Part shown: positions 13,301-26,460 of the stretch, one piece after another | Layout of the letters: the number at the start of each line of letters is the position of its first letter | Position numbering within the stretch: position 1 is the stretch's first letter | NCBI GenBank assembly: GCA_036172245.1 | Contig: JAYWIR010000041.1 | Span: 992,001 to 1,056,000, forward strand | DNA from: Raillietiella orientalis | Taxonomy: Eukaryota | DNA: 64,000 bases | Direction: 5' to 3' | Program-made: the position numbers and the translations under genes | Notes under the pieces: generated by a model | Database searches by the model: none | The model's input: the letters and a program-made list of their open reading frames with translations, nothing else | What the model was told of the DNA's origin: nothing

Positions 13301-13819
13301 GAAAGAACATACTGATTCCTGGTATTTTGTACTTAGCAGAAAGGCAACATAGTGACTTAAGGACAGAATGCTTTAACGAGCAGGAGAAAGGTAGGCATGT
13401 TTCAAGATCAAAGGACCAAGAGAAAGCAACGTTCTTTCCGACATTTTCCTGATGTACCATCAAAGAGATTTTCGTCTTCACGTTGAAGAAATGAAACGGG
13501 AGATGGAATTACATTTGTTATCATGCTGCATTTTTTTGCCAATTAATAGGTGAGAGCTGAAAGATTTTGATCCTTAGCTGAACAAAGAAGACAAACAAGA
13601 AATTCGAGGAATGATTAATCGAATGAATTCATTACGAATTCATCGCGAATGTCAAAAATGTCATTTCCTGACTTTCCGATTCGAAAACGTCTCTGATTTA
13701 TGGTGCATGCATTTTTCACTCAATGTTTCTTTTGTCAATTCGCCTTCGCACACTCCATTGGAAACTGAGAAGCCTTAATCAGATTGACGATTTTTTGCGA
13801 CTGTTTTCGGCAAGCCTCC

Positions 13820-14300
13820 GGAACATTATGATGCAGTGCTATCTTTTTGCAAGCATCAGACGTTGAAGGTACTCATTCCGAGCCACTTTCCATAGTTTCT
13901 GTGAAGGCGCCCTGTTATCCATCCTTAACAAATTGAAAGCAAATTGTGGGCCATAGTTTTCTAATGTTCCAATCTGCAGTGACTCTTAGCCACTCCACAT
14001 CACCTATGCTCGCTCCTTACCAGTTCTCTAATAGCCCTCAACCGAACTTTTCTTTTAAATACAGTTCCATCTCTCAGGACCGTCGAGTTTTCTCGCTCTG
14101 CTGCATAGCAACTAGCATCAGAGAGCGTGCTTCTTCTCTTTCCATTCCATCCATCAACGATCAAACGTTCGTATTGCAGCAATTTGAACAGTCCGTTCCG
14201 TTCACCTCATCTTCCTTCTTGTGGAAATGCGCTTTTAATGACCTTTCGAGAATCACAACACAGACATCTCATTCCCAGTTTATCCTCTCCTGCATTCAGT
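13820..14300 (-). pseudogene. NACHT-domain remnant
   Basis: RLIVDGWN (Walker B) and ENSTVL (cf. L.NSTVLVTSR) in ORF 14000..14182; then YLKEKF and MAHNLLSIC (cf. NPLLL.I.C). Confidence 0.45.
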
Positions 14301-14649
14301 CGCAATCGTTCATCTTTGATTAACATTTCTCTCGCTTTTGCTAATGAGAACTTAACGTTCACCGAGTGCAGTAAGGGCAGTGCAATAACACTACTCGCTT
14401 CTCAGAACTAATTTCATAACACTTAATGAGTTGCCTAAAAAGCATGGATTCACATAACACGGTTTCTGTTTTGGTTACCGCTTCATTCCAATAAGTTGCC
14501 CCGGGATTATGGAAACACGAATGCAACCGCGATGGCAGTTTTGTCTTGTCTTTTAGAAACACTGGTTATTATGGGCGTTTCCTGTTTCTATAGACACGGT
14601 GCTTCCCACCATTTGTTACGTTATGAATTAATATGTAGTTTTACGCACT

Positions 14650-17600
14650 GCTTACGTATGAACTCGTCGGAAGCTTCAACTTGGTTCAACTTGGCCCACG
14701 AGTAGTACCCAACTCTGTTCAGAAAGTTGTGCTACACTGGAGGTAAAATAGATGTCGCAGCGATCGGCAGTCGAAGGCGTGAGATGAGAGCTCGAACCGT
14801 AGAAGAGATGCAAGTTTTCAACGCTTACAGATGATAAGTAAAAGGACTGGAGAAAATTCAATGGATGCACAACACTCACGGAAGAGGAAGACAGATCTGA
14901 AACTCGAGTCGGCTGGACTGAGGGAAGTTTAACACGGAAATGCACGCGGCCAGGAGCTGTCCCCGAACAAAAGAGCATGGCCATTGCTAGATCGAGTTCC
15001 AGATGTTGTGCTGAGCATGAGCGATTAAGCAGGCAAAGAAGCAAGATCAGCACAGCATCAATCGTTTAAGTTGGTGAACCGAGCGAACAGGTCGGTCAGT
15101 CTTCAGAAGCAGGACAGTCGAAAATAGAATTTCGGGAAGTCCGGTATTAAATGCACTTTCCTTTTGCGAATGGAACCGGAACCAAGAAGTCGGGGACAGC
15201 ATTCACCTCTACAGAAACCGAAAGTGGCCCGACATCAGCAAAGAACTCCAAGAATGGGAAAAGTGGTCTCGCCTCCCTGATGAACCTGTAGGGCGAAAGA
15301 AGTAGCCACGAAGCAGCTTCCACGAAATGAAGAACTCATTGCCAGTACCCGAGGTGACTGGCATGCAAAGACTATTGGCCCAAGGGCAGTGATGCCCATC
15401 TCCATCTTCAACTCTTTCTACGGGTGAGGAGGATGTCGGCATTTCAGAGGCGATCGAAGACCACCATCAACCTACTCCAGAGTCAGCATGAGGAACTGTG
15501 AGGCCGATAGGTGACCGTTTATATCGCCTTGCACACAGGTTGACACTCTCAAGGACTACGGGATTGGATCGTCGATGGTCAGATCATCCGGTCCTGGCAG
15601 GAAGACTTCCTTCCAGCAAGAGAGAGAACCTCGTGCTGCGTACGACGCTGGGCGCCGCAAGGTTTCTAGCACGTTTGCATCGCACTAGGCGACGTAGAGA
15701 AAGTCATTGGCACAGGGCCGCACGGTCTTCTACACAATGCCCTGCAGGAAGGGGAAGCTGGAAGAAACAGTAAAAGATATGCGCGGGGGCGCTCACAGGC
15801 ATTGCGAACAGAGTCTCAAAGTGCAAGAAGCACCAAGATGTGCAGAGAGTGAAGCTGGGAGGTCCCGGACGGCTCCCTGCTTTCCAGTTCATCCATTGAA
15901 AGAATCCTCTGGAGGTTAGCAGGAGCTTCTGGATATCCCCATCAACTTCTAGCAACGTTCCGCAAGGATAACTGGACGCTCCGGAGACAGCGACCTGAGG
16001 TGACACACTCCAGAGGAATCCGCAGACCGGAGACGACGGTCACGATGGTGCTGACTACTCGAGGGGACGATGTCCCTCGGCCCTCTGAGATTACCTGACC
16101 GCGCTGACGATCTCGCCAAAGGCAGCTGTCACAAGCTCTGACCACATCGTATCCAGTAGTGCCGGCGTTCTCCCGAAAGGCACCAAGGGCGGTGACAAGG
16201 GAGAGGTTGCATGCACCGTCCCACAGAGGGGGATCCGGGGCCGTTCGCGCCAGCATCCGCCGCAAGAGCACAGCAAGGGTACCATAGCTGTAAAGACCCC
16301 GGTCGGCACTGGAGAGACGGACCTGCTCGGGAGATGAGTCCAGAGTGGCGACCTCGGTCAACAAGAGCGCGAAGAGGCAGCACTTTCTCTCGCAGAACAA
16401 CGCACCCGGACCAGGGGGGGGGGACGGGGGGACCTGCCCTGCGTAGGTCAGTTTGGTAGGTCGGCACGTCTCTCCAGCGGTGAAAATTCAAGACTCCTCC
16501 TCTGCACATTTGTTGGTATGGGCCACCCGCACGGCCGACGCCCATCAGGGTTCTCACCCACCGAAGGCGCGGCAGGAGCGTTGTACGAGAGGAGGATCCT
16601 CGACCGCATCCTCCACCACTGCATGGGGAGCGAGAAGTCCGACCAGCAGGCAGCCTTACTTGTGACAGCTCCGCAAGCAAAGTGGGTGCCGTTCCTGGAA
16701 CGCCATCTGGACGACGATACGACTGGGATCCCTGGGATGGGGCGGGAAGGCGATGGCCGTGCCCATGAATCTTCGGCGGCAGCGCTGGAGGAGGGCAGCG
16801 CCGGAACGACCGACCCTTGGAGTTCCGGAGAACGGCGGAGTCTCGTGGCATGTGAAGGTGCCCGAGGGGTGGCTGGAGCGCATCGGAGGGCAAGTGGCAA
16901 GCTGGAGCACATGCTGCTGCAGGGAGACCCGCCGGAAGCACACGCGTGTGGCCTCCGTGCCGAGGCGGAGCGACTCTCGTGGGCAGCAACGGCTTCGTAC
17001 GGCGGGAAGAACGGAGAGGAAAGTCAGGCAGCAGCGAAGAAGGGGGAGGATCCCCTGTTCATCGGTTGAATACCCGCCGGCGCGTCGTTTTTGAAACAAT
17101 TATGGCGCTCCGTTGTGGTTTGGAGCGGGCAGCACGCCTCGAGTGTGACGACTTGTCTTTGCCCTTTCCTTAGGGCGAGATGACGTCGCTGCAACGACTC
17201 AGTGTCCCCTGGCTGCCTGCTAAGATCTCCCGTCTTCCCTGCGCAGGTTTTGAGGAAGATGTCGCCACTTGGCAGCAACGACAGAAGCGGAGGAAACGGG
17301 CTGCCCCAAAGATGGCAAGACGGCCCTTCGAAACTCTTCGAGCGGAAGCGAAGAACTGGTGCTCTGCTTATGAAAGGGTGACCTTTCCCACACCGAGTGC
17401 TTTCTGGAGCTCTCATCTCACCTGTGATCCCCGCTCTCTCCCCTTCTGCCAACGAGAAGCTGCTGGAAGAAATCCTCTACCTGCTGCCCAGGGCCTTCCA
17501 GAAGGCTCTGGGGAGTCCTGGGAAGGTCACGTTCGGATCTGCTCCCACTTCGGAGAGGGCGGAGGAGAAGACTGGAACGGGACACAGAACGAAGGATGCA

Positions 17601-17900
17601 GCGGTCTCCCGAATCCTCGTTGTCAAGGTTGGCACCAAGTTTCCAAAGAGCAGCTGCAAGCTCCGCCGCTCCTGGCGTTGCATCGGACTCTCCAAAGCCC
17701 AGCAGTGCGAGCCGGATCTCCGGATCGCGACAACGCGCTCCCAATACGAGGATTCAGGGACGAGCTCGCGGCTCCTCGGGATCCCAAATCAGCATTCGAG
17801 TAAATCAAGAAGGATAGTGGCGATTTGTTTCGGAGATTCCGATGGCGAGCCCATGATGCCTCTTCGTGGCTCAGCAGCGAGAGGGGTGACGAAACGGAAG
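14650..17900 (+). mobile_element. Long, internally deleted L1/Tx1-like LINE remnant(s)
   Basis: HAARSCP (ORF1 knuckle-like, ~14940); a GC-rich ORF2-like body; WHQV...LLALHRTL near 17630-17690 (cf. zf-RVT W..V....W.ALH..L). May be more than one element. Confidence 0.45.
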
Positions 17901-18212
17901 CTGTGAAATCGGTGTCCGGGAAACCGACTTGCCAAACCATGGTCGGTTGCTGCTGATCCCAAGACGGGACGCTCCCGCCGAGAGCGACTGGCTTCCACGC
18001 CTAGCGCTGCGCCGCGAAGTGGTCCAAAAGGAGCTGTCTCTTGAGCCTTCCAGGGAGGGCAGCAGCAGCAGCTCCACTAGATAACGTGCGCCGAAAATCA
18101 CTAGCGTCAAGGGAGCGAGGAAATCAGCATCCGATCCAGGGATGAGAAAACTTCGCTTCCCCTCGATTTCTCTACTTCCACTCGTGTTCTCCGTCATTGT
18201 CCCACTTCCAAG

Positions 18213-18651
18213 AATGGACCGCGCTCCAGCTTCGTGCGCGAATCCGATGCTACTTGTGGAAAATTACTTTCTTCTGCGTCCTAAGATCATGAGTTCCTTA
18301 TCTTCGATGGAACATAGTCGGAATCTATTTCCTACTATATTTTCGATTTTTTTTTTTCTTTCTAGCATGCAAAATTGTTCTGCATTTCTATTGGTGGGTT
18401 TCCTCATCGCCTGCAAGGAACGACTATTTTGTATTATTTTTTTTTTGGCGCATCGCAAAATTATTGCCATCCCATCGAGATGTCCCGAAGTTCTAGAGGG
18501 TCCGGCCTTTCACAGAACCCAGAGATCCACGATTTGCACGCGCCACTTTCGCGGTGATAAGGGCCGAACGGGTTGGATTCGCCACGTCACACGGGCACCG
18601 CCGCCATTTTGCCGCCGAGTTGCACGGATACACGGTGTACAGGGGTCCATT
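18213..18651. mobile_element. Possible old MITE (~440 bp) with diverged TIRs
   Basis: aatggacc at 18213 is the reverse complement of ggtccatt at 18644-18651. Partial inner match (gaatccgatgctacttg vs gtatccgtgcaactcg). gccgccattttg motif near the right end. Confidence 0.35.
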
Positions 18652-19199
18652 GCATTTTTAGTCGATTCCTCGATTTCCATTTCTGCAATACGCATTTGTA
18701 GATTTTCATCATTTTTGATTTATAATTGATGAAGATATCAATATTTAAAACTCGATTTTCCTGCCCTCCTCATTTGGATTTTAGCGATTCTGATACATTA
18801 CACTTAGAAGCTGCATTTTTTTCTTTTTAACTTTTCAATTTGCCGTTTCTGTATTTTAGAATATTTTACATTTATCAACATGCTCAACATTTATGATGTT
18901 CGTAAATCAAAACATGTCTCAAATTCTTAAAATGTGATTATAAACGGTATATTTCATGCCGGGTTAATTATAAATATACTTACTTACTGGATTAATTAGG
19001 TGCATTTTGAATGACACTCAGTATATCCATATGAATACCACATAATACTCAGCACATTACATAAATATACTTACTTTCGCAATTCTTTATATCGCATGGT
19101 ATATTTAGATATCTATAATGAATTAAGTCGAACATTCGCATAATTAAAAAGATAATAAAACAAAACCCACGTTTGTGGTTAGTTGCCTTTCCTTTCTTT

Positions 19200-20020
19200 G
19201 TCCCACGATTTTCGCGATTCTGACCTCCTATACAGCTGGAACCGCTTGCAAAGGATCATCAGTTATCGTGGGATTTGGGAAAGGTCACACCCCAAGACGT
19301 GGAATGGAAGTCCAGCAGTCATCGCAGTGGCTCCAGAATCCTCCAGATAGCCAGTAGACAAGCCTCCGGAAGCCTTATGTCGAAGTACGAAGAGGGCCGC
19401 TCCGGAAGAATGGGCATGAGCTCGCCGTCCGCTAACAGCGATCCTCGCATAACCTCCGGGTCGAAAGCAGCCCGACAGAACAAGCGTGCGAAAGAAGCCC
19501 GTGACCTCATCCTGCGCACCCTTAGACCACAGAAAGCGCGACTCTCTTTACTAAAAAAAAAAAAAAAACACCTTGATCAAAGGAGGGCCGTGCCCTGCGC
19601 GGATCAACGGCATCGTGCGCTCTTCTGAGAAGAGCGCGCGAGGGCTGGTGCAGACGATACCTCACACCGTCGAGGAGCGAAGAGGACCGCTCGGGAGATC
19701 GATTCCTGGACCTGCTGCAAGGTGAAGGATGGGCGAGTCGCCCTCCGACAGGCTCCTCCTTATGAAGGTCCGCCTCGCGGCCAAAGAAGCCTGTTTGAGT
19801 CCTCTAGGACACTCGCTTCAGCGGCAGCGCTCTCAGCATCAGGGCACCAGTAGGGAGGCATCCGGAAGGATTTGGTGGGCTCCCACGGAACCTTTGGAAG
19901 ATAACGCCCAGGTGGTCGACTCCGAAGCAGGGCCACCACATATGTGCGGAACTTTCAAGGCACATGAGAGATCATCGGTAGAGAGGGATCAGTAGAGAGG
20001 GTGTGCAGACGACCCTTCAG
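19200..20020 (+). mobile_element. L1/Tx1-like LINE 5' remnant (ORF1 plus endonuclease)
   Basis: GKVTPQDVEWKSSSHRSGSRILQI (cf. Tx1 ORF1 FGKV....W.....G.R.V.M); SDRLLLMKVRL (cf. EN GRLL.V). Confidence 0.5.
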
Positions 20021-20049
20021 CATTCTCGTTTCGAGGAAACCGGACAAAA

Positions 20050-21290
20050 AAACTACAGGTAGCTGTGCCCTTCGCTACGCATTCTCCTTGGGGATCTGGC
20101 TCCATATCCCGCTTCCCAGCACACCCTTGATACGCACTCGCGCGGAACAGCGTGACGTGACGAAGAGTGATGTCGACACCACACTTTGTTCTTGCGCTGC
20201 TAGCACGAGTGCCCTGGCGATCCGCCCTCCACGTCTCCTTGGAACCGCGAAGAGCTTCGAGTCTGCTCGCGAATCTCGGCGTTCGACGCTGCTGAGATTT
20301 CGCATAGGACGCAAACAAGGATCCTCTGTCCCTCTTCACGTACCGGCGACGACTGGTAGTTGCCGGAAGGGTCCGGGAATTGTCGACCAGATCCGGCAGA
20401 CTTCTGCAGTGGCTCCCTCTCAGGAGAACATTCGAGAAGCCCATTCGAAGCGTTTCGCCCGCTTTCTCAAAGATCCGGCTGAAATACCGGTTGACCAAAA
20501 GGGGAACCGGCCATCAGCTCGCGTCGGTTTCATCTCGGAACGAAGCGGCCAACTCAAAGAAAGCGGAAACAGAGGTGGGAAATTCAACAAAAGTTTGCTG
20601 CTTAGATAATTAGGAGATAGCAAGGGAGTGACCTTCTCAGCCTGTCATCCCTGGTGATGTAAAGTGAATAAGCAAATTGCAGAAAGTTCTGGAACGAATG
20701 GGAAGAACGAACGGAGGATGTCTTCAACCCTTCTCAAGCCTTCTCCCTATCGCCAAGAGTCATGAACTCGTGACCTAAGCTCCATGGGGCAGAGTCAGTC
20801 ATCGGAGGGGATTCAGGGAGATGAGCACGGTTGCTGGGGTACTGCCTCATGCAGGGGCAAGAGAGGTCTTTCTTTCTGACCTGGTGTGTCCGCGATCATC
20901 CTGAGGCTCCCGTGCATGCCACCTCCCAGTGTGACTCCACTTCGCTGCACTCGACGTGAGCGCAATGAAAGTCTCCCTTTGGGTAGCGGCCACGCGTTTC
21001 CATTCCCGTGGTTATCGTCGCCCGCACGTCGCAGATCTCCAGCTGATAGGCAACCGGCAAAAACGCAAAGAGGTGATCATTCTTCCCAGCAGGCCCTGGG
21101 GGCATGAAAGGCAGGTCAGGTGTCCCTGGGATGCGCGTGAAGCCCCGCTGCAACCTCTGAAGCATTCCGGAAGCGCGTGCAGAATGACTTCCGCCGTTTT
21201 GAAGTGGACGCATTCCTTGGAGACACTCCCTGCGGAGGTGTGGAGACGTGTTCCTCCTTGCTTCCAGACAGACCCCTAGTGGGTCCAACA
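20050..21290 (-). mobile_element. L1/Tx1-like ORF2 remnant (EN, RT, post-RT) with large deletions
   Basis: ECLQG (cf. CLQET); KGDFHCA (cf. GDFNC); DREKA (cf. DQEKAFD); WASRMFS*EG (cf. W..R.LS..GR); VPRRRGG (cf. P...GGLG). Confidence 0.6.
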
Positions 21291-21359
21291 AGATGGCGGC
21301 GTTACGAAGGGGAAGAGGTGATCAGGAAACACAGAATCTGAAACTGTTCCCGAAGAGTT

Positions 21360-22320
21360 TCAAGAAACTCGGTGCACCTCGTGGGTCCTGAACAAGGTTA
21401 TTGGGCGTGGCTTCGCGCTCCATCCGTGTCGTGGGGGATGCTGGCGAACTGGATACGACGAATGTTTGAATATGAAGTGTCTTCTGCTGTCATTCTGCAA
21501 GCGAGGAGAAGATTTCATTCTCATCTCCCCTATGGACCAATGTTCCTCGAAAACATTCCGAAAGTAGTGACTTGACTTTTTGCTTTCAGATTCTTCCATT
21601 CGTTCCGATTCGTATCCCATCTTTTCCGTTTCGAGATTCCCAAGCTCTGGTTGCCCGTGGCACCCAAAAGTGACCGTCCGTGTGGTCACTCAGATTTGCG
21701 CTCGAACTCGTGCTAAAGAAGGGGAAAGAATTGCTTTCCGAGGTGTAAGAGGCAGCGGAGAAATTTACGAGCAGCTGCAGAACAGTCACCAACTCTCTAT
21801 GATAAAAGATCCTCATTCCGAAAATTCTGGAGCAAGTTATCGTTGCCGTTCCGTTCAGCATGGGAACGACATGAGAACGGGAACTGGACACGTCCAGGCA
21901 AACTCAGGGGAGTAGAACAGGAATCGCAGAGGCAGAGGATCAAATCTACTTAAGCAAAAAAAGCCGGGATGCGGAAAGATAGCTGAAAATTTATTCACAG
22001 AAAAGATGAGTTGCCAAATGAATTTGGAAAGAAAATCTCGGGAATCTGATGCTTCCCGCAAGAAATCCTTTCCGGCGGATGAGCCCCCGTAATGCTATCT
22101 CAAGGGTTCCGGCTGGTCTTCCGTTCCGGCACTCCTTGATCTACTTCGCTGAATTTTACACAGGGAATGGTGGGTTCTCTTCCTTGAAGATCTTTGAGCA
22201 CTACTAATGAAGGTTCTTCGTGAGCTTTTTAGGTATTTCTTTCCGCTAACGCGAGAGTGAGTCGAAGCTCGTCAATTCGCCCACCCCAACATCTCCGAAG
22301 TTTACTTTGGATCATGGACC
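21360..22320 (+). pseudogene. IRE1/RNase L-like protein kinase pseudogene
   Basis: KVIGRG and SVSWGMLAN (cf. IRE1 VLG.G...VYRGMFDN); EDFILISPMDQCSSKTF (cf. F.YIALELC..TL); RVVTQI; KDPHSEN (cf. RDLK.EN); EILSGG*AP (cf. LSGG.HPF); SIRPP (cf. RP). Confidence 0.45.
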
Positions 22321-22329
22321 GAAGGAACT

Positions 22330-23380
22330 GCATCGAGACTCGAGAGCGCGTTGCGCTCCCGGGTGGAGGCAAAACACTCTTTCATCTGTGCAGGCATCCA
22401 CCTGTGTTCTTAACGTGACGTATCGAGCAACAGTCCAAGGCTCGACCGGGTGCTTTGAATCTCCAGCATTCTGAGGTGGAAGCGCAGTCCGATGCAACTC
22501 CAAAGGCTTGCCCGCCTTCAAAGAAATGGGCAGCCGATGAAAGAATGAAGAGGTGAGATCTCTCCGGAGGAGGCATCACAAGGAATGTAGAGAAGATCCA
22601 GGAAAAATACATGGCTTCTGAGCAAAACTCTTAAGGGAGAAATTCGTCTTTCGGCTGCCGTTCACACTGCCATCTCCCAAACGTCTACGACACGTGGTCA
22701 GAGCACGCCAGACGAAAACCGACTCCCTGCATACGTGGATGGGTGGCGTGATCTTCCACTTTTCCATTGCTCTTGTAGCCGCTGTCGGGAATGGAGTAGA
22801 ACAGTTGCATTTCAGGTGCATCATTTGCAACATCTCAAATAAGATGGTTGGAAGGGGCGCTGGGTTAATCGACGGGCAGGTGCTGGAACATCTGGGGGGA
22901 AAAAAAGATCGGAAAGCCACAAATTCCACTCAGTGAAAAAGCAAAGCATAGAGGGGCATGGGAAGAGCATGCGGCCAAACTGTTGACTTTCTTCCAAGTT
23001 CCTATGGCAAAGGTTGCTTTCTTTGGTTCGCCCGAGGCGGCTGCGAGATGAGTGCCATGCACCTACGAATTCAGCAAACACCCGTCCGAACGTTATTCAC
23101 GTTGCATATCACGTGTGCGTCTTCAGTACGAAAGCAATTTGATGGCAACAGTAATGGGAAGAGGTAAACAGTTCATCGCTCCAGATGGAAAATCAAATTT
23201 GAATTATTTTTCAGTGGCATCTCAGCTTCCTGGAAGCATCTCGGACGCAGTCTTTGCTCGACGTCCAACTTGTGAGTTCTCAAGGTGCATTCCCCGCCAA
23301 TCTGAAGACATATTGGTGGAAATTCTTTCTTTCTCACCATTTTCCACCTCAGCACCTGCGTTATTCAGAAACATTGAAGC
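22330..23380 (-). pseudogene. Possible DOMON plus copper monooxygenase (MOXD1/DBH-like) pseudogene fragment
   Basis: KTHT(*)D (cf. ELHTCD); VGAWH (cf. VIWAYH); PDVPAP (cf. QDVPIP); ALTTC (cf. FLTC); PLELH (cf. LEVHY). Order is right but identity is low. Confidence 0.3.
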
Positions 23381-25289
23381 GATAAACCAATAATCTCCAG
23401 TAAATTGAGCACTCGTACGTTTCTACATGTTCCAACACCTCCTTGCCAGCCTGCAGATTATTTGTTTACGGAATTTATAAGTCGAGGAGAACTTGCATTC
23501 TGTCCTCGAAGACGGCATTCTAAACATCCTGGTCCCGTGCCAAACATGTTTTGTATGATATAAATATACCTAATTTAGGGATAACTGATTGCATTGCATA
23601 ATACGTATTGGTAAGCATTCTTGATGGAATTCTATTGATCGCTTCTATAATCTGAAGGATGCAACTTCAGTGCAGCAAAATAGGAATAGGGAATTTTCAG
23701 TTCTCATCTCGTTTTTCCTTTTCTGCACCATGCGATCCAAAGAGAGGGTTAGATGACTGCGACTTTTCATTTTCTTTTGCTGAATCGAATGACTATGCTA
23801 ATGCAAAATAATTTGTAACGTTTCTCATAATAAGTCACAAAACACTCGGGGAGTGTGCGAATTCTGCTCGGGGGCGCGGCTGCGAATGTTTCTGCGCTGA
23901 CACCCCGAGGTCCCAAGCGAGGATGGTATGTGTGTGTGGGGGGGAAGGGGCAAAACCATCCTTCCCGGGACCCCGCGTTAAGTGTCCTGCTCGGACTTGA
24001 CGCTCGCGGGCATCTCGTATGATGACCCTTCTGATCCACACGCTCACCGTTTGGTCTCAGAAACCTGGAAGCCTTCCTTCCGCGCGCCCCGTAGCCAGGA
24101 AGGCGAGGAAGGACGGAAGCGTCATGGCCCCTTAACTCTACAATGTGGTCATTTTCATTATGGAGGGTTGCGGGGTTTCTCCCTGTTCTATTTTAAACAC
24201 CACCGCAGTTCATGGATTTCGCCTCGTAATAACAGAGCAGTGGGAGAAAATTGCCGCGTCTAAGGGACACAGAACGCGTAAGTGTTGGCATGCTCTGTGC
24301 TTAGCGCTGGTCATTTTTTTGTGTTTTCCTTCTTTGCCGACGCAGTCCGGTCCGTCGTGTTCCAGCTTCCTCAGGTTTGGGAGTCGCTTCGGAGAAAAAG
24401 GGCTCTACCCTCCCCCCTCCCCCTCTCTCTCCTTATAGACCTCAATCTCTTGTCTCGGGGAGTAATTGAAAACGCCGGACACATTCAACTAATTATTACA
24501 TCGCATTAGCCGGCCACTGGTGGTGCCAGCGTACCCGAACGGCTGGAGAAAACGGTGGTGGTGCCGCAAACGGCCGTGATTTCCCGACGGCGGCCTCGCT
24601 CCTTGGAACAGGCACTTGAAATTTGGCTTTCTCACGCACTCGTTAGGAAGGAGCCCCTGGTCGAACCGCCGCTTCGCTGCTCAGAAAGACCGGCCTGGTG
24701 AGTGAAAGGCTGGCGGAGGTGTTTTCCTTGAGAGTTGCCGTCTGGCGAGCCGCGCGCCTCCCGGCGAAACAAAACGGTTTCCGCTGGTGCCTCTGAAGGG
24801 GGAAGTACCGAAGCTGCGCTTCGAGGAGCAGAATCGTCCAATTCCGGGAAATTTCATGCTGCGAATTTTCATTACTGTGAAGAGAAAATGATGAAGGATG
24901 AAGCTCCTGCCGACAGCCCGTTTTCCGGACGAACACGGAAAACCCATGGAATCTAGAAAGTGTTATCCATTGAAATGGCTCCATCTTCAGGAATCAGCAG
25001 ACATGGCGAGTATCCATCCGGCCATCGCGCTTCTAACAGAATAGCATCCCAATTGTAAATGAAAAGGATCCACAGAAGTAATGTGGTTTCATTCCTTTCT
25101 TCCAGCATCTCTTAGGAATCCCATTGCACGTCCGTCTCCACTTGGTTATTCATCGATCTCAACCATAAACACAACGATTGGAATCTTCTCGTCGGCTGTA
25201 TCCCTTATTCGATCCACTTAACCAACTGCCCAGCAGATTTGTATTGCCAAACGCTCCGTTATCTGTCTTTATTGGGATGATGGATTTAC

Positions 25290-26460
25290 AAGCTATAAAC
25301 TACTAAAAGGCACACCTTCCCTTCTTGTAGGACAAGATGAGCTTATGAGTTCGGTATAATCACGTGGCAAGGGTCGATTGCACCACCGATTTTGATCCAC
25401 GAGACGGGCACACACTTGCATATCAGAGCGATTTGTACATTTCCAGTTTGCATGCCGAGAGCGTTCCTTCAGAGGTGTTCCAGCCTCCAGCGTTGGTGGG
25501 AGGCAATGAGTGCTGAGTGACACGGCGCATCTCGTTACTTATGAAGTGCACTTTCGGCACTTGGCGGTCGTTACGGTTCGAGTGCCTGAAGCAGGAAGGC
25601 GGGAAGGAAACTCGGTCGGCCATCTTTAACCCTCACCTATCATTGCTGGCACTCAATACTTCTCTTGAGGTCACTGTATTTCGGTCCAGGTCTCAAGGCT
25701 TCAAGAAACCATCAGAATTTACATATACCTATTTCATGCATACATATACCTATTCATATTACGTGCTCATACCTTTTGTTTAAGTCAGCTTTCAACCGAG
25801 TGGTGGTTTGCTGTCTCCGAATAAGCAGAAGGTTTTGCAGCTCAAGGGAGTCGGGGCAAAGAAAAGCAGAAAAGAGATTTGCACGTCGAATGCTGTGAGC
25901 TGCTCCCTCAGAGACTGCAGTGAAGGGACTGCTCTGGGAATTTTTCGGGAGAAAAGGATTCCGCCTCGCTGCTGGACAAAGTGCAGCTTCGACGAGAGGC
26001 TACGGCCAAGGATCGTGCAGCTTGAGGATGTTCCTGGTCTGTTTTTCTCCATACCTCTCTCTGAAGAAGGGACAACGTTCGGGAATCTCAAATGAAAAAC
26101 AGCACCCCACCGGGTAAATCAAGATCATCTGAAATGATGGTAGCAGAGATGGTAGAAGCCGCAAATGGCAAAGTCCCATGATGTTTAAAATGGATGGGGC
26201 GACGGCAACAAGGGAAGACATGATGTCTCCTGGATATTCTTTTTTCATCAGACCCTTTCTTTCCGTCCGCTTAAAAAGCATTCGGGTTGTTATCTTTCGT
26301 TGGGCATGGGCCAACCTTTGTTACTCACTAAGACTGATGTTTTAAACTCATAATGATACGCCTGAAGCAGGCCAGCAGTTTGGCAAATATCCACGGCAGC
26401 AAAGACTGAGCATTAGTCGAGTTTATCTCAAATTATCTGTACTATAAAGATGATCGCAGC
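25290..26460 (-). mobile_element. Academ-like DNA transposon remnant (XPG-like nuclease plus Cys-rich C-terminus)
   Basis: KITTRMLF (cf. EADTRMLLH); VVPSSERGMEK (cf. DTVS.F.G.GK); SLPPT (cf. LPPT); RSRHANW (cf. RA.YQ..W); TELISSSCPT (cf. ELI.C.C). Confidence 0.55.

Noticed and set aside
15277..15330. Hammerhead ribozyme-like core ctgatga-acctgtagggc-gaaa
   Set aside because: The closing pair of stem II is an A-C mismatch, and I could not form stems I and III with a valid NUH cleavage site.
16129..16989. Longest ORF (286 aa, minus), and similar 170-280 aa ORFs at 56381-57235 and 63.0-63.5 kb, as real genes
   Set aside because: Pro/Arg/Gly-rich readings of GC-rich LINE remnants with no coherent domain.
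18142..18729. 195-aa ORF with a THAP-like STICTRHF motif
   Set aside because: The other THAP residues (C-x-x-x-x-C, FP, W, AVP) are missing, and the ORF runs through poly-T tracts and a putative MITE.
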